Assembly: GCA_034087725.1 (NCBI GenBank)
Contig: JAXDXW010000016.1
Span: 1,586-65,585 of the forward strand
Direction of reading: 5' to 3'
DNA from: Candidatus Onthovivens sp.
GTDB taxonomy: Bacteria; Bacillota_I; Bacilli_A; RFN20; CAG-826
DNA: 64,000 nt
Shown here: piece after piece, positions 27,607 to 36,654 of the stretch
How the letters are laid out: each line of letters begins with the position of its first letter
How positions within the stretch are numbered: the first letter of the stretch is position 1
Notes under the pieces: model-generated
The model's database searches: none
Told to the model about the DNA's origin: nothing
What the model saw: the letters and a program-made list of their open reading frames with translations, nothing else
Translations under genes and position numbers: made by a program

Positions 27607-28490
27607 AAAATGTGTCATATTTTTTTAATCATAAAAAGCCAAATGAAGTTCAAGCTTTAAATGATATCTCGCTTACCATAAATTCTGGTGAATTTGTTGC
27701 TTTTGTAGGACAAACGGGTAGTGGAAAATCTACATTAATGCAGTGTTTAAACGGCCTTCTTTTGCCACAAGAAGGTTATATTAAGATAGATGATTTTATT
27801 ATTTCCGGAAATAAAAAAATCAAAAAAGAGATATTGAAAAATTATTCAAAAGAAGTAAAAAAAGAAAATAAAAAACTGTATTTGTTAAGAAAAAAAGTAG
27901 GCATGGTTTTTCAATTTCCTGAATATCAACTTTTTGAGGATACTGTTATAAAAGATGTCATGTTTGGACCAAAAAATTTTAAGATTCCCGAAGAAGAAGC
28001 GAAGAAAAATTCTGTTGAAGCGCTTAAAAATGTTGGTATAGACGAATCGTATTTTGAAAGAAGTCCGTTTGAATTAAGTGGAGGCCAAAAAAGAAGGGTT
28101 GCTATTGCGGGGATTTTAGCAAGTAATCCTGATATTTTGATTTTAGATGAGCCAACAGCTGGTCTTGATCCAAACGGTAAAAAAGAAATAATGAACCTTG
28201 TTAAAAGCATACACGAGAAAGGAAAAACTATAATTTTAGTAACGCATGATATGGATGTTGTCATGGACTATGTGGATAAAGTTTTTGTGTTAAACAGTGG
28301 AAAGTTAGTTGATATTAGAGACCCTCACGATTTATTTAGAAGTAACGATTTAAAGACTCTTTCTTTAGAAATTCCTACATTCTATAAGTTCCAAAATCTT
28401 TTAAAATACGGGGGTTTTGCAGGGAATTTTGATAAAATTGACACTTTTGATAGTTTAATTTCTTTGATTAAGGATACGATAAATGACTAA
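27591..28490 (+). CDS. ecfA2: ECF transporter ATPase EcfA2
   Basis: Walker A GQTGSGKST, VFQFPEYQLF, LSGGQKRRVAIA. Confidence 0.9.
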   Translation: MQIEVKNVSYFFNHKKPNEVQALNDISLTINSGEFVAFVGQTGSGKSTLMQCLNGLLLPQEGYIKIDDFIISGNKKIKKEILKNYSKEVKKENKKLYLLRKKVGMVFQFPEYQLFEDTVIKDVMFGPKNFKIPEEEAKKNSVEALKNVGIDESYFERSPFELSGGQKRRVAIAGILASNPDILILDEPTAGLDPNGKKEIMNLVKSIHEKGKTIILVTHDMDVVMDYVDKVFVLNSGKLVDIRDPHDLFRSNDLKTLSLEIPTFYKFQNLLKYGGFAGNFDKIDTFDSLISLIKDTIND

Positions 28491-29364
28491 TATTTTTGGA
28501 AAATATAGAAACTATAATACTTTAGTTCACAGAATTGATCCACGCATTAAAATTTGCGGTTTAATAATCATTATGGTTGCTTGTTTTTTACCTTATGGAA
28601 ATTTGATGAATTCAATATTCATATTAGGTATTCTTGCAATTTTGATTATTTTTTTGATGATTGCTAGTAAATGCTCTTTTATCGATTTCTTTAAAAGTTT
28701 AAAGGTTATGTGGTTTATGGCAATATTTTTGCTAATTATTAACGTTTTTATACCTAATAATACTTATACACATTCAATGATCATCTTTCCTAATGGATAT
28801 ACTATTTATTACGAGGGATTATTAAATACTTTTATGGTGTTATTTAGATTAATTTTAATGATTTCACTTACATTAATTTTAACTAGTACAACTACCCCAA
28901 TGGATATTACTTATGGCTTTGAGTGGTTTATGCACCCTTTAAAATACATAAAATTTCCTGTTTCAGCAATCGCTATGACATTATCACTTGCCCTTCGCTT
29001 TATCCCTACTTTATTAGAAGAAGCTAATAGAATTATGAAAGCTCAAAAAAGTAGAGGTGTAGATTATGACAGAGGCTTTATTAGCAAAAAAATTAAATCA
29101 ATTATTACATTAATTGTTCCTTTACTTGTCAGCTGCTTCAGCATTAGTGATGACTTAACTTTAGCAATGGATGCTAGAGGATACGATCCATACGGAAAAA
29201 GATCGAGATATAGGGTATTAAAATTTACTCACATAGATTTATATTCGATTATTTCGCTGCTGATAGTTTTAGCATTTTTTGTATTTATTTCTTGCATAGT
29301 AGGAATTCAACATGTAGATATTTTATCCTTTGTTTTTGGAATACCTTCGGGAGTAACTTTCTAA
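28483..29364 (+). CDS. ecfT: ECF transporter transmembrane component EcfT
   Basis: Polytopic protein with ARGYD and ALRFIPTLLEEANRIMKAQKSRG motifs. Confidence 0.88.
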   Translation: MTNIFGKYRNYNTLVHRIDPRIKICGLIIIMVACFLPYGNLMNSIFILGILAILIIFLMIASKCSFIDFFKSLKVMWFMAIFLLIINVFIPNNTYTHSMIIFPNGYTIYYEGLLNTFMVLFRLILMISLTLILTSTTTPMDITYGFEWFMHPLKYIKFPVSAIAMTLSLALRFIPTLLEEANRIMKAQKSRGVDYDRGFISKKIKSIITLIVPLLVSCFSISDDLTLAMDARGYDPYGKRSRYRVLKFTHIDLYSIISLLIVLAFFVFISCIVGIQHVDILSFVFGIPSGVTF

Positions 29365-30092
29365 TGAAATATAAAGCAGTTATTTCATATGATGGTACAA
29401 ATTACTATGGTTATGCATCCCAACCTGGTTTAGTAACTATTCAGTCTGACATTGAAAAAGTGTTATCGCTTATATGTGACACACCAATTAAAATTTATGC
29501 TAGCGGAAGAACTGATCGTTATGTCCATGCAATTGGACAAGTAATAGATTTTGAGTTACCTATAGCTTTTGATTCTGACATTTTAAAGAATAAACTTAAT
29601 CGAATGCTTCCTAAAGATATAAGAATTATTTCAGTTAAAAGAGTAAAAAATTCTTTTTCGAGTAGATTTTCAGCGACCAAAAAAACCTATATTTATGTGA
29701 TAAACCCTGCAGAACCCACACCTTTTTTCAGAAATTACGAATGCTCATTGTCTAATTTAGACCTTGAAAAGATTGAAAAAGCAATGCCGCTTTTTATAGG
29801 AAAGCATTGCTTTATGAATTTTACATCTAAGGAAGAAGACGAAAAAAATTTTCTTAGGGAAATATATTCTTTTAAAATTGTTAGAAAACATAACAAATAT
29901 ATATTTGAGATTACTGGTGATGGTTTTATGCGTTATATGGTTAGAAAGATTATCGGGACACTGATAGAAGTTGGCAAAGGGAAAATTGACGAGGAATTTA
30001 TCAAGCAAAACTTATCGTCAACAGATAGAAAAATAGTTACTTATACAGCAGAACCTCAGGCGTTATATTTAAAACGTGTTTTTTATCGATAA
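29364..30092 (+). CDS. truA: tRNA pseudouridine(38-40) synthase TruA
   Basis: MKYKAVISYDGTNYYGY..SGRTDRYVHA. The ATG overlaps the ecfT stop (TAATG). The track extension to 29292 overlaps ecfT and is unlikely to be real. Confidence 0.9.
   Translation: MKYKAVISYDGTNYYGYASQPGLVTIQSDIEKVLSLICDTPIKIYASGRTDRYVHAIGQVIDFELPIAFDSDILKNKLNRMLPKDIRIISVKRVKNSFSSRFSATKKTYIYVINPAEPTPFFRNYECSLSNLDLEKIEKAMPLFIGKHCFMNFTSKEEDEKNFLREIYSFKIVRKHNKYIFEITGDGFMRYMVRKIIGTLIEVGKGKIDEEFIKQNLSSTDRKIVTYTAEPQALYLKRVFYR
29700..29734 (+). repeat. Diverged copy of dispersed element (ATAAACCCTGCAGAACCCACACCTTTTTTCAGAAA)
   Basis: Shares the exact 15-mer AAACCCTGCAGAACC with the copy at 49925, plus the T-tract. Lies inside truA. 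Confidence 0.7.
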
Positions 30093-30157
30093 ACGTTTGT
30101 TTTGATTGTATCTAATAGACCAAAATAGTAAAATTATTAAGATAAAAGGAGAAATTT

Positions 30158-30862
30158 ATGGGTAGACATTTTGAAGTTAGAGCCGCTGCGATGGCTGCAA
30201 CAGCAAAACAAAAGAGCGCAGTTTATATGCGTGCAAGTAAAGAAATTTATATGGCAGCTAAAAGAGGCGTTCCTGACCCTAATTCAAACTTAGCTTTAAG
30301 AGCAGCAATTGATAAATATAGAAAATCATGTCCAAAAGATGTTATTGAAAGAGCAATCAAAAAAGCCCAAGGTGGAGATGCTACAAATTATATTGAAGGT
30401 AGATATGAAGCATATGGACCAGGCAATAGTTATTTAATTATTGATACACTAACCGATAATACAAATAGAGCGTTAGTTAATGTTAGAACAGCTGTCACTA
30501 GAAAAGGCGGACATCTTGGTAGTGTTATTTACAATTTTGAACAAGGTGGAGTACTTGCTTTTAGTTTTTCCGGCAGTGAAGAAGAACTTGAAGAAATATT
30601 AATTTTAGGAGATGTTGATCTTAGAGAGGTTTCTTTAGAAGATGGAACTGCTGAAATTGTTGTCGCACCAACTGATTTCGATAAAACTAAAGAATTATTA
30701 AAAGAAAACGGTGTACAAGAGTTTGACATGGCTGAAGTAACGATGATTCCTAACGAAAAAATAACTCTTGATGGCGATGATTTAAAGAAATTTAATGATT
30801 TAATGGATGCGCTTGATGATTGCGAAGACGTTCAAGCGGTGTATCATAACGTTGAAAGATAA
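30158..30862 (+). CDS. yebC: YebC/PmpR-family transcriptional regulator
   Basis: MGRHFEVRAAAMAATAKQKSAVYMRASKEI and the C-terminal DDCEDVQAVYHNVE signature. Confidence 0.9.
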   Translation: MGRHFEVRAAAMAATAKQKSAVYMRASKEIYMAAKRGVPDPNSNLALRAAIDKYRKSCPKDVIERAIKKAQGGDATNYIEGRYEAYGPGNSYLIIDTLTDNTNRALVNVRTAVTRKGGHLGSVIYNFEQGGVLAFSFSGSEEELEEILILGDVDLREVSLEDGTAEIVVAPTDFDKTKELLKENGVQEFDMAEVTMIPNEKITLDGDDLKKFNDLMDALDDCEDVQAVYHNVER

Positions 30863-30906
30863 TAAAAAAAGATGAGGTTTCATCTCTTTTATTAATGGGA
30901 GAAATT

Positions 30907-31782
30907 ATGAAAAATGAAGTAAAATTTGCCGTAATTCCTTGTGCAGGTAAAGGAACAAGGTTTTTGCCAATAACAAAGGGTGTTCCAAAAGAAATGCTAA
31001 ACATTGTTGATAGACCAACTTTGGACTTTATCGTTGATGAATTGATTGACAGTGGAATAACTGAAATAGTTTTTGTTGTAAGCAAAGATAAAGATGACAT
31101 TAAGAAATATTACGACAGAGATTTTGCTTTTGAGCAAGATTTAATTAACCATAAGAAAGATAAATATGCAGAAATTATTAAAGTCAACTCCACAAAAGCT
31201 AATTTTTATTATTGTTTGCAAGAAGAACAACTTGGCTTAGGACATGCTGTTTTATGCGCAAAGGAGATAGTTGGTGACAATAATTTTGTTGTGTGTTGCG
31301 GAGATGACATTACCACTTATAAAGGTGTAGCTCCTACAAAAGAACTTATTGATGCGTTTTTAAAAGCTAATGCTACGATTGTTGGTGGTCAAGAAGTTGA
31401 ACATTCTCAAATTAATAAATATGGATGCATGGATATTGAACAAGACTGTGGGAATGGTTTGTTTAAATTAAAGAACATTGTCGAAAAACCTGAAATAGAT
31501 AAAGCAACAAGTGATTATGCTTCTTTAGGAAAATGGATCTTTAAACCAAATATCTTTGCTGAATTAGAACATACACCAAAAGGAAAAGGTGGCGAAATTC
31601 AATTAACTGACGCTATTTCTTCCTTGTTACAAAAAGAAGATGTATATTTTAAGATTTTCAATGGAAAAAGATACGATTGCGGTGACAAGTTAGGGTTTTT
31701 GAAAGCAATAGTTGATATATCTCTTGAAAATCCAGAACTTGGCGAATCTTTTAAAGAATTCTTGAAAACTCGAATTAAATAA
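30907..31782 (+). CDS. galU: UTP-glucose-1-phosphate uridylyltransferase
   Basis: AVIPCAGKGTRFLPITKGVPKEML motif. The ATG at 30907 follows GGGAGA. Confidence 0.9.
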   Translation: MKNEVKFAVIPCAGKGTRFLPITKGVPKEMLNIVDRPTLDFIVDELIDSGITEIVFVVSKDKDDIKKYYDRDFAFEQDLINHKKDKYAEIIKVNSTKANFYYCLQEEQLGLGHAVLCAKEIVGDNNFVVCCGDDITTYKGVAPTKELIDAFLKANATIVGGQEVEHSQINKYGCMDIEQDCGNGLFKLKNIVEKPEIDKATSDYASLGKWIFKPNIFAELEHTPKGKGGEIQLTDAISSLLQKEDVYFKIFNGKRYDCGDKLGFLKAIVDISLENPELGESFKEFLKTRIK

Positions 31783-31802
31783 CAAAATATTTACATCACC
31801 TT

Positions 31803-31831
31803 AATCCCTATGAAATATAGGGATTTTTTTA
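31803..31831 (+). terminator. Rho-independent terminator of galU
   Basis: Stem AATCCCTAT/ATAGGGATT followed by T7. Confidence 0.85.
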
Positions 31832-31832
31832 T

Positions 31833-31875
31833 AAAAAAACCGGCTTTTAATTTTATAAAAAAGCCGGTATTTTTA
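31833..31875. terminator. Bidirectional hairpin terminator
   Basis: Stem ACCGGCTTTT/AAAAGCCGGT, flanked by an A-tract and a T-tract. It could serve the minus-strand ferritin gene. Confidence 0.75.
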
Positions 31876-31877
31876 GT

Positions 31878-31909
31878 AAAAACCTTCTAAAACTCAATTA
31901 TTTTCTAGA
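31878..31909 (+). repeat. Dispersed element copy (AAAAACCTTCTAAAACTCAATTATTTTCTAGA)
   Basis: 26/27 identical to the copy at 39251 over AAAAACCTTnTAAAACTCAATTATTTT. It overlaps the ferritin stop codon on the antisense strand. Confidence 0.75.
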
Positions 31910-32383
31910 TTTTAATGATTTATCAAATTCAAATAATCCAAGTCCGGTATCACATAAAAGATCATATTTTTCAATAAGTTCTTTGCTGTGTTTTTCTTCT
32001 TCGAATTGTTCAGAAATAAACCAATTCATAAAGTTCATAACTGTGACGTCATCTAATTTATGAGCAACACTTTGAATATTTTTAATTAAACTTGTGACAA
32101 GCTTTTCATGCTCAAGTTGGAAAACAAGAGGTTCTCTTAAATCTTTAAAAGTCTTGTGTGGAGCTTCGATAGGCTTTAAGACAAATGCGACATCAGAATC
32201 GTGCAAAAATTCCATAAATTTTTCTGCGTGTTCAACTTCCTCTCTAGCTTGTGCTTCAAACCATGAATGTAATCCATCCATTCCCTTTGCTCTATAGTAT
32301 TCAGCGATATCTAAGTATAAATAAGCACTCCAAAGTTCTTTATTTACTTGATCTTCCATTAATAATCTTAATGATTCTTCCAT
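31898..32383 (-). CDS. Non-heme ferritin
   Basis: Ferritin-like diiron ligand pattern: NKELWSAYLYLDIAEYY, AREEVEHAEKFMEFL, ISEQFEEE. Confidence 0.88.
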   Translation of the reverse strand: MEESLRLLMEDQVNKELWSAYLYLDIAEYYRAKGMDGLHSWFEAQAREEVEHAEKFMEFLHDSDVAFVLKPIEAPHKTFKDLREPLVFQLEHEKLVTSLIKNIQSVAHKLDDVTVMNFMNWFISEQFEEEKHSKELIEKYDLLCDTGLGLFEFDKSLKSRK

Positions 32384-32521
32384 AGTTTTCTCCTTTTTAG
32401 AATATTTTATTCTTAATAGACATTATTTTAAATAGTAATGCTCAAAAATATGAAAAATAATAATTATTTATTTTTGAAGAAAGAGGAAAAAATGTTATTA
32501 TTTTTACCAGAGGTAAATTTT

Positions 32522-33325
32522 ATGAAAAGATTAGAGAATAAAGTAGTAATTGTAACTGGTTCTACGAGTGGAATCGGAATTGGAATTGCTAGATTATGTG
32601 CTTTAGAAGGCGCTAAAGTAGTCGTTTGTGGTAGAAGAGAAGATAAAGGACAAGCAGTAGTTGAAAAAATTAAAAGCGAAGGCGGTGACGCGGTTTTCCA
32701 TTTCTTCGATATAACTAAATTAGAAACTATTGAATCATTAATTAAAGATACAGTAGAACAATTTGGACACATTGATGTTCTTGTTAATAATGCTGCCAAT
32801 GTTGCTTTAAAAGATGGCAGAGTAGATGAATTAACAGTTGAAATGTGGGATGCTATTTTTGAAAGCGATATGCGTGGAACATTCTATGCAACAAAGATTG
32901 CACTTCCTTATTTAATGCAAAATGAAAAAGGTGGATCAATTATTAATATAGGATCTATGGCTTCTACAGCAGGAGACTTAAGTTCTACTGCATATGCTTG
33001 TGCAAAATCTGGTGTTGACATGTTAACTAAAATGGTTGCATTACAATATGGCAAGAAAAATATTAGATGTAATTGCATTAGACCAGGACTTATTGTCACG
33101 CCTGAAAATGATGCCCATGTCCCACAATTCCTTAAAGATATATTCTTAGATAATATTGAAGTAAATAGATATGGCTGTCCAGAGGACATTGGAAATTTAG
33201 CTGTATTCTTTGCTAGTGATGAAAGCGAGTATGTTACAGGTCAAATTATTAATGTTGATGGCGGCATGAATTCTCATGTTCCAACTGTAGCTCAAATGAG
33301 AGCATTAAATAAAAGAACGTGGTAA
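32522..33325 (+). CDS. Short-chain dehydrogenase/reductase (SDR)
   Basis: TGSTSGIGIGIA cofactor motif, NNAA, and the YACAKSG catalytic Y-x3-K. The ATG at 32522 follows AGAGG. The track start at 32438 adds an implausible leader. Confidence 0.88.
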   Translation: MKRLENKVVIVTGSTSGIGIGIARLCALEGAKVVVCGRREDKGQAVVEKIKSEGGDAVFHFFDITKLETIESLIKDTVEQFGHIDVLVNNAANVALKDGRVDELTVEMWDAIFESDMRGTFYATKIALPYLMQNEKGGSIINIGSMASTAGDLSSTAYACAKSGVDMLTKMVALQYGKKNIRCNCIRPGLIVTPENDAHVPQFLKDIFLDNIEVNRYGCPEDIGNLAVFFASDESEYVTGQIINVDGGMNSHVPTVAQMRALNKRTW

Positions 33326-33330
33326 TATTT

Positions 33331-33361
33331 TATAATTTTAGTGAGGTTTTGAAGGGTTTTC
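33331..33361 (-). repeat. Diverged copy of dispersed element (GAAAACCCTTCAAAACCTCACTAAAATTATA)
   Basis: The core resembles AAACCCTGCAAAAC-TCAC. It coincides with the 5' arm and loop of the SDR terminator. Confidence 0.5.
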
Positions 33362-33383
33362 TTTTCAAAATCTCACTTTTTAT
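33340..33383 (+). terminator. Rho-independent terminator of SDR gene
   Basis: 14-bp stem AGTGAGGTTTTGAA/TTCAAAATCTCACT (one G-U pair) followed by TTTTT. Confidence 0.8.
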
Positions 33384-33443
33384 CTAATTCTAAAACATTA
33401 TTCCTTCCATTTTTATATTTTTATTAGTAAAATATTTATTAAT

Positions 33444-33529
33444 GGGGGCATGGCGTAATGGCAGCCGCGATAGACTCAAAATCTATTGGTCGTGAGACCG
33501 TGTCGGTTCGAGTCCGACTGCCCCCACCA
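33444..33529 (+). tRNA. tRNA-Leu (anticodon CAA), class II with long variable arm, CCA encoded
   Basis: Hand-folded. Acceptor stem GGGGGCA/TGCCCCC, anticodon stem ATAGA/TCTAT with loop CTCAAAA, variable arm GGTC-GTGA-GACC, T arm GTCGG-TTCGAGT-CCGAC. Confidence 0.9.
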
Positions 33530-33543
33530 TTTCTAGAGCGCAG

Positions 33544-33571
33544 GCGCAATATCAAAATATTGCGTTTTTTT
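33544..33571 (+). terminator. Rho-independent terminator after tRNA-Leu
   Basis: Stem CGCAATAT/ATATTGCG with loop CAAA, followed by T7. Confidence 0.8.
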
Positions 33572-33770
33572 CATACTTTTTAGCATTTTTCAACGTCTTT
33601 TTGAAACGTCTAAATTCAAATTGGTAAGTGTTAGTAATCCACACCATGTGGAATATGGGCTTGTAAATTAAGTCCCTAACGTAGTGTGCACCCTTATAGG
33701 TTGTCAATAATATTTGAATTTTCCCCAATTGGTAAAAATTTTGTTGCTTTTATCAAAATAGTTTGATTAG

Positions 33771-34010
33771 GAATTATTTTTTCTTTTTAAATATTTATAT
33801 AATTTTGGTTTTAATAAAATTTTTATTGCTGCTGAAATAAGCAATATTGCTAATAATCGTGTTATTGAAAAGTGTGGGTTCACTTTTACTCATCAAGAAA
33901 CATGACAATGGTCCAAAATAAAAGTTTATCCAGTCACTATTAATTGGTACAAATTATACTTACCAAATGGATTTGCTGTTCAGCTAAAACATTTAATAAT
34001 TTTTTATTAA
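33771..34010 (+). pseudogene. C-terminal fragment of a GNAT (RimJ/RimL-like) N-acetyltransferase with in-frame TGA
   Basis: Translation YLYNFGFNKIFIAAEISNIANNRVIEKCGFTFTHQET*QWSKIKVY.. matches the GNAT C-terminal signature (N..S.rv.EK.GF). There is no N-terminal half and no start codon. In-frame TGA at 33903-33905. Confidence 0.65.
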
Positions 34011-34094
34011 TATAATTAAATTATTCCTTTAAAACCCAACAAAAGGAGGGATAGGTACTATAGGGGACATTAAATATTTGTTACCGATTTCAAT

Positions 34095-34622
34095 ATGGCG
34101 TTGAAGAAAATCGCCAGTAAGTGGGGAATGTTTAAAGACGCAATTAAAGGTCTTGTGACGCTCGGGATAGGAATCCTATTAATTATTTTAGGTTTCGCCA
34201 CACTTGCTATTTTGCCTTTAGCAATTATTTGTTTTATTGCTGGAGGATCGATGACTTTTACAGGTCTTGGATTAATAATTCATAATAAGAGAAATAATTC
34301 TTTTCTTATTGATCCAGAAAATAGGCCATCATCTAAATCTACTTCAGCTTTAAAAACAAGTAATGACCTGGTTAATGAATTTAAAAGTAGAATAGAAAAT
34401 TATTCATCAAGAATTAGTGTTAGCTATACTTTAGGGAATAATGGAAAAATAATCTTAACAGCTTATATTGATTGTAGTGTGTGGACAGGAGCCGGAGAAG
34501 CAGCTGACGCTAGAGAAGGAGATAAAATTTATAATTCAATATCAACTGAAGCTGTAAATATTTATCGTAAAGTTGCTAAAAATTGTCCGTTTGTTTTAGA
34601 AATAAAGTGCTATCGCGAATAA
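34095..34622 (+). CDS. Hypothetical membrane protein (two N-terminal TM helices)
   Basis: Intact 175-aa ORF with TM helices LVTLGIGILLIILGFATLAILPLAIICFIAGG. I recognise no family. Confidence 0.5.
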   Translation: MALKKIASKWGMFKDAIKGLVTLGIGILLIILGFATLAILPLAIICFIAGGSMTFTGLGLIIHNKRNNSFLIDPENRPSSKSTSALKTSNDLVNEFKSRIENYSSRISVSYTLGNNGKIILTAYIDCSVWTGAGEAADAREGDKIYNSISTEAVNIYRKVAKNCPFVLEIKCYRE

Positions 34623-34846
34623 AAAAGTTTTAATAAATAATTTTTTATTTCAAAAACCTAGCTTATTTAAATTTTATTTTATATAGTAATCATTTTTTTA
34701 ATAAAATTTTTGTGTAATTAAATGGTTTTAAATATACAAATTATTCTTTTTGTAACAATTTATTTCTTAAAGATTATATAAAATACATTATCTACTTTTA
34801 AAAATTAATTTTTACTCTATAATTTATTTAATTGCGAGGTTTTATT

Positions 34847-36268
34847 ATGAACAAGAAAATAACTATTTTATTACTAGCACCGGCTCTATTATTAACCGGT
34901 TGTAATCAATCAGGAGACAGTCGCTCTCAAATCGAAATTGCTTTAGAAAGCAACAAAGGATCTGTTCTTTTTACTGGAAGTTTTACAGATAAAGCTGAGT
35001 ATACAAGTTTTGTTAGTCAAGCTAACAACTATACTAAAGTTTATAAAGCAGATATAGGCTTTACTGGGGACGCTACAACAACCCGATTAACTCCATATTT
35101 AGCAGAGGGTAATTTAGACGAAGAAAATGCATCAATTGAATCTTATTTTAAAACAGAAGATGGGTTATTAGCTAAACAAATCGTTAATCCAACTAATGTT
35201 GTTGAATTAGAAACAATTAAGGATTTTGATGGAAAAACACAGCTATGGTCTGAGACTAGAAGTAATCCTTTTTCTTTGTTGAGTTTATCAGATTATAAAG
35301 TTTCTTCTTCAAATAGCTATTTATTTACCTTAGAAAGAAATAAGGCAAACATATTTGCAAGTCATTTAATAGGAGAAACAGTGACTGGTGCACAAGTTAG
35401 CTTTAGTGTTTCAACTTCTTCAAATATTACAGTTTCAGTTTCGTCTGCAAAAGCTACAAGTTATGTATTTAATCCATCAAGCACTTCATATTCAGAAGTA
35501 TTACATACTTATTCTGCAACTTTAGATGTTAAATTTGAAATCCCAGAAATTTATAATTTAGAGCCACTAACAGTCAAACAAGAACTAAATGAATTAGAAA
35601 CTTGGTTCGATGGTTTTAATTACAATAATTTTACTATGGGCTTTGCACAGTCTGATTCTACAGAAGTCACAAGCGCTTTCTTCTTCCGCGAAGGTAAAAT
35701 CTATGGCCAAACTATGATGTATGGAATGCCAGAGCCATTTATGCTTGACATTTATTTTGAAGAAAACAGAGACACTGGCTTTATGGATTCTTGTTGGGCA
35801 ACGCTTTCAGAAACAACTGAAGAATTAGTTTGGATTAAAACATCAGATGATCCAAACGAAAAGGATAATTTATTGGTTCCTCATAATAAAACATATGAAA
35901 ATTTATCTTGTAGGGCAGATCGTGTTAGTTCTGCATTATTTGATGTCATAAATGCAGGTACAGAAAATGAATATTATTTATCAAGTGGAGAAAATGCAAA
36001 ATATATGTCTTCATATTTGCTTCCTGGGGTCTTTGAAGCCTATACAGCTGTTTCTGGAGCTGTTCCAGAATTTCTGCGTAATGCATGTTCTTCTGTAAAA
36101 ATTATGCCAGATAGCGATGGTATGTGGTTTACAATTGAGGGATTTGCTTCTCAAGGTGGAGCTTCACTTAGAGCTAGTACAAGATTTAAATTATTTAACA
36201 TCGGAACTACAGAAATTCCATTTACAGTAGATATTTCTAAAGCTATTGATTTTGCTGATTTTAAATAA
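34847..36268 (+). CDS. Lipoprotein, unknown function
   Basis: The ATG at 34847 follows GAGG. Lipobox LLLTGC. I recognise no family. Confidence 0.65.
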   Translation: MNKKITILLLAPALLLTGCNQSGDSRSQIEIALESNKGSVLFTGSFTDKAEYTSFVSQANNYTKVYKADIGFTGDATTTRLTPYLAEGNLDEENASIESYFKTEDGLLAKQIVNPTNVVELETIKDFDGKTQLWSETRSNPFSLLSLSDYKVSSSNSYLFTLERNKANIFASHLIGETVTGAQVSFSVSTSSNITVSVSSAKATSYVFNPSSTSYSEVLHTYSATLDVKFEIPEIYNLEPLTVKQELNELETWFDGFNYNNFTMGFAQSDSTEVTSAFFFREGKIYGQTMMYGMPEPFMLDIYFEENRDTGFMDSCWATLSETTEELVWIKTSDDPNEKDNLLVPHNKTYENLSCRADRVSSALFDVINAGTENEYYLSSGENAKYMSSYLLPGVFEAYTAVSGAVPEFLRNACSSVKIMPDSDGMWFTIEGFASQGGASLRASTRFKLFNIGTTEIPFTVDISKAIDFADFK

Positions 36269-36285
36269 AACTTGTTAAAAAATAT

Positions 36286-36319
36286 AAAAAGCCTGCAAAA
36301 GTCAACTATCTTTCTAAAA
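36286..36319 (+). repeat. Dispersed element copy (AAAAAGCCTGCAAAAGTCAACTATCTTTCTAAAA)
   Basis: Begins 18 nt after the lipoprotein stop. Its 5' end AAAAAGCCTGC pairs with GCAGGCTTTTT at 36330-36340. Confidence 0.75.
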
Positions 36320-36394
36320 TTTTAGACCGGCAGGCTTTTTAATTGCTCAATTTTTTATTTTAAAAAAAGAATTATAAATTTAATAACTCTCATC

Positions 36395-36422
36395 TTGACA
36401 TATGTATAAACTTATATAGAAT
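36395..36422 (+). promoter_or_regulatory. Sigma-70-type promoter of the riboswitch-controlled operon
   Basis: TTGACA (36395-36400), a 16-nt spacer, then TAGAAT (36417-36422). Confidence 0.6.
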
Positions 36423-36430
36423 ATAGAAGA

Positions 36431-36643
36431 AGATTGATAGAGGCGCGGCCTAAAATAGTAACTTGATGAAGAGGCATCTAGTGATTCAAGCGAAAGGGAG
36501 GGCTGCCGAAACATCAATAAGGCATTATTGATGATTGGGCTATGGGAGAATATCCCTATAGACTCCTAGATTAAATCTAGAGGCGCTATCGATGTGATTC
36601 CGAATTTGTGATTGCATCGATTGTGATGCAATCTTTTATTTTT
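36431..36643 (+). ncRNA. Lysine riboswitch (L-box) with intrinsic terminator expression platform
   Basis: L-box signatures are present in the correct order: GATAGAGGCGC, AGTA, GAAAGGGAGG, GCCGAA, TTGGG, GGAGA and the closing GGCGCTATC. The terminator is GATTGCATC/GATGCAATC (36610-36633) plus TTTTATTTTT. The RBS GGAGGA lies just downstream. Confidence 0.8.
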
Positions 36644-36654
36644 CGGAGGACATT

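Noticed and set aside
30866-30892. Possible terminator hairpin between yebC and galU (AAAAAGATGAGGTTTCATCTCTTTT).
   Set aside because: Only a 5-bp AGATG/CATCT stem can form. That is too weak to call, so yebC and galU may be co-transcribed.
33444-33529. Reading the tRNA anticodon loop as containing TCA (a selenocysteine or suppressor tRNA).
   Set aside because: With the 5-bp anticodon stem ATAGA/TCTAT the loop is CTCAAAA. U33 then precedes CAA, so the anticodon is CAA (Leu). The 7-bp acceptor stem and ordinary class II geometry also fit Leu rather than Sec.
33619-33735. 9-bp direct repeat AATTGGTAA flanking a ~100-bp relatively GC-richer patch downstream of tRNA-Leu, considered as the target-site duplication of a MITE. 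On the minus strand the patch translates weakly like an IS200-type HxVW..Y motif.
   Set aside because: A single AT-rich 9-mer repeat within about 200 bp is not statistically meaningful. The segment has no terminal inverted repeats. The peptide similarity (IFHMVWITNTYQF) is too short and is followed by a stop.
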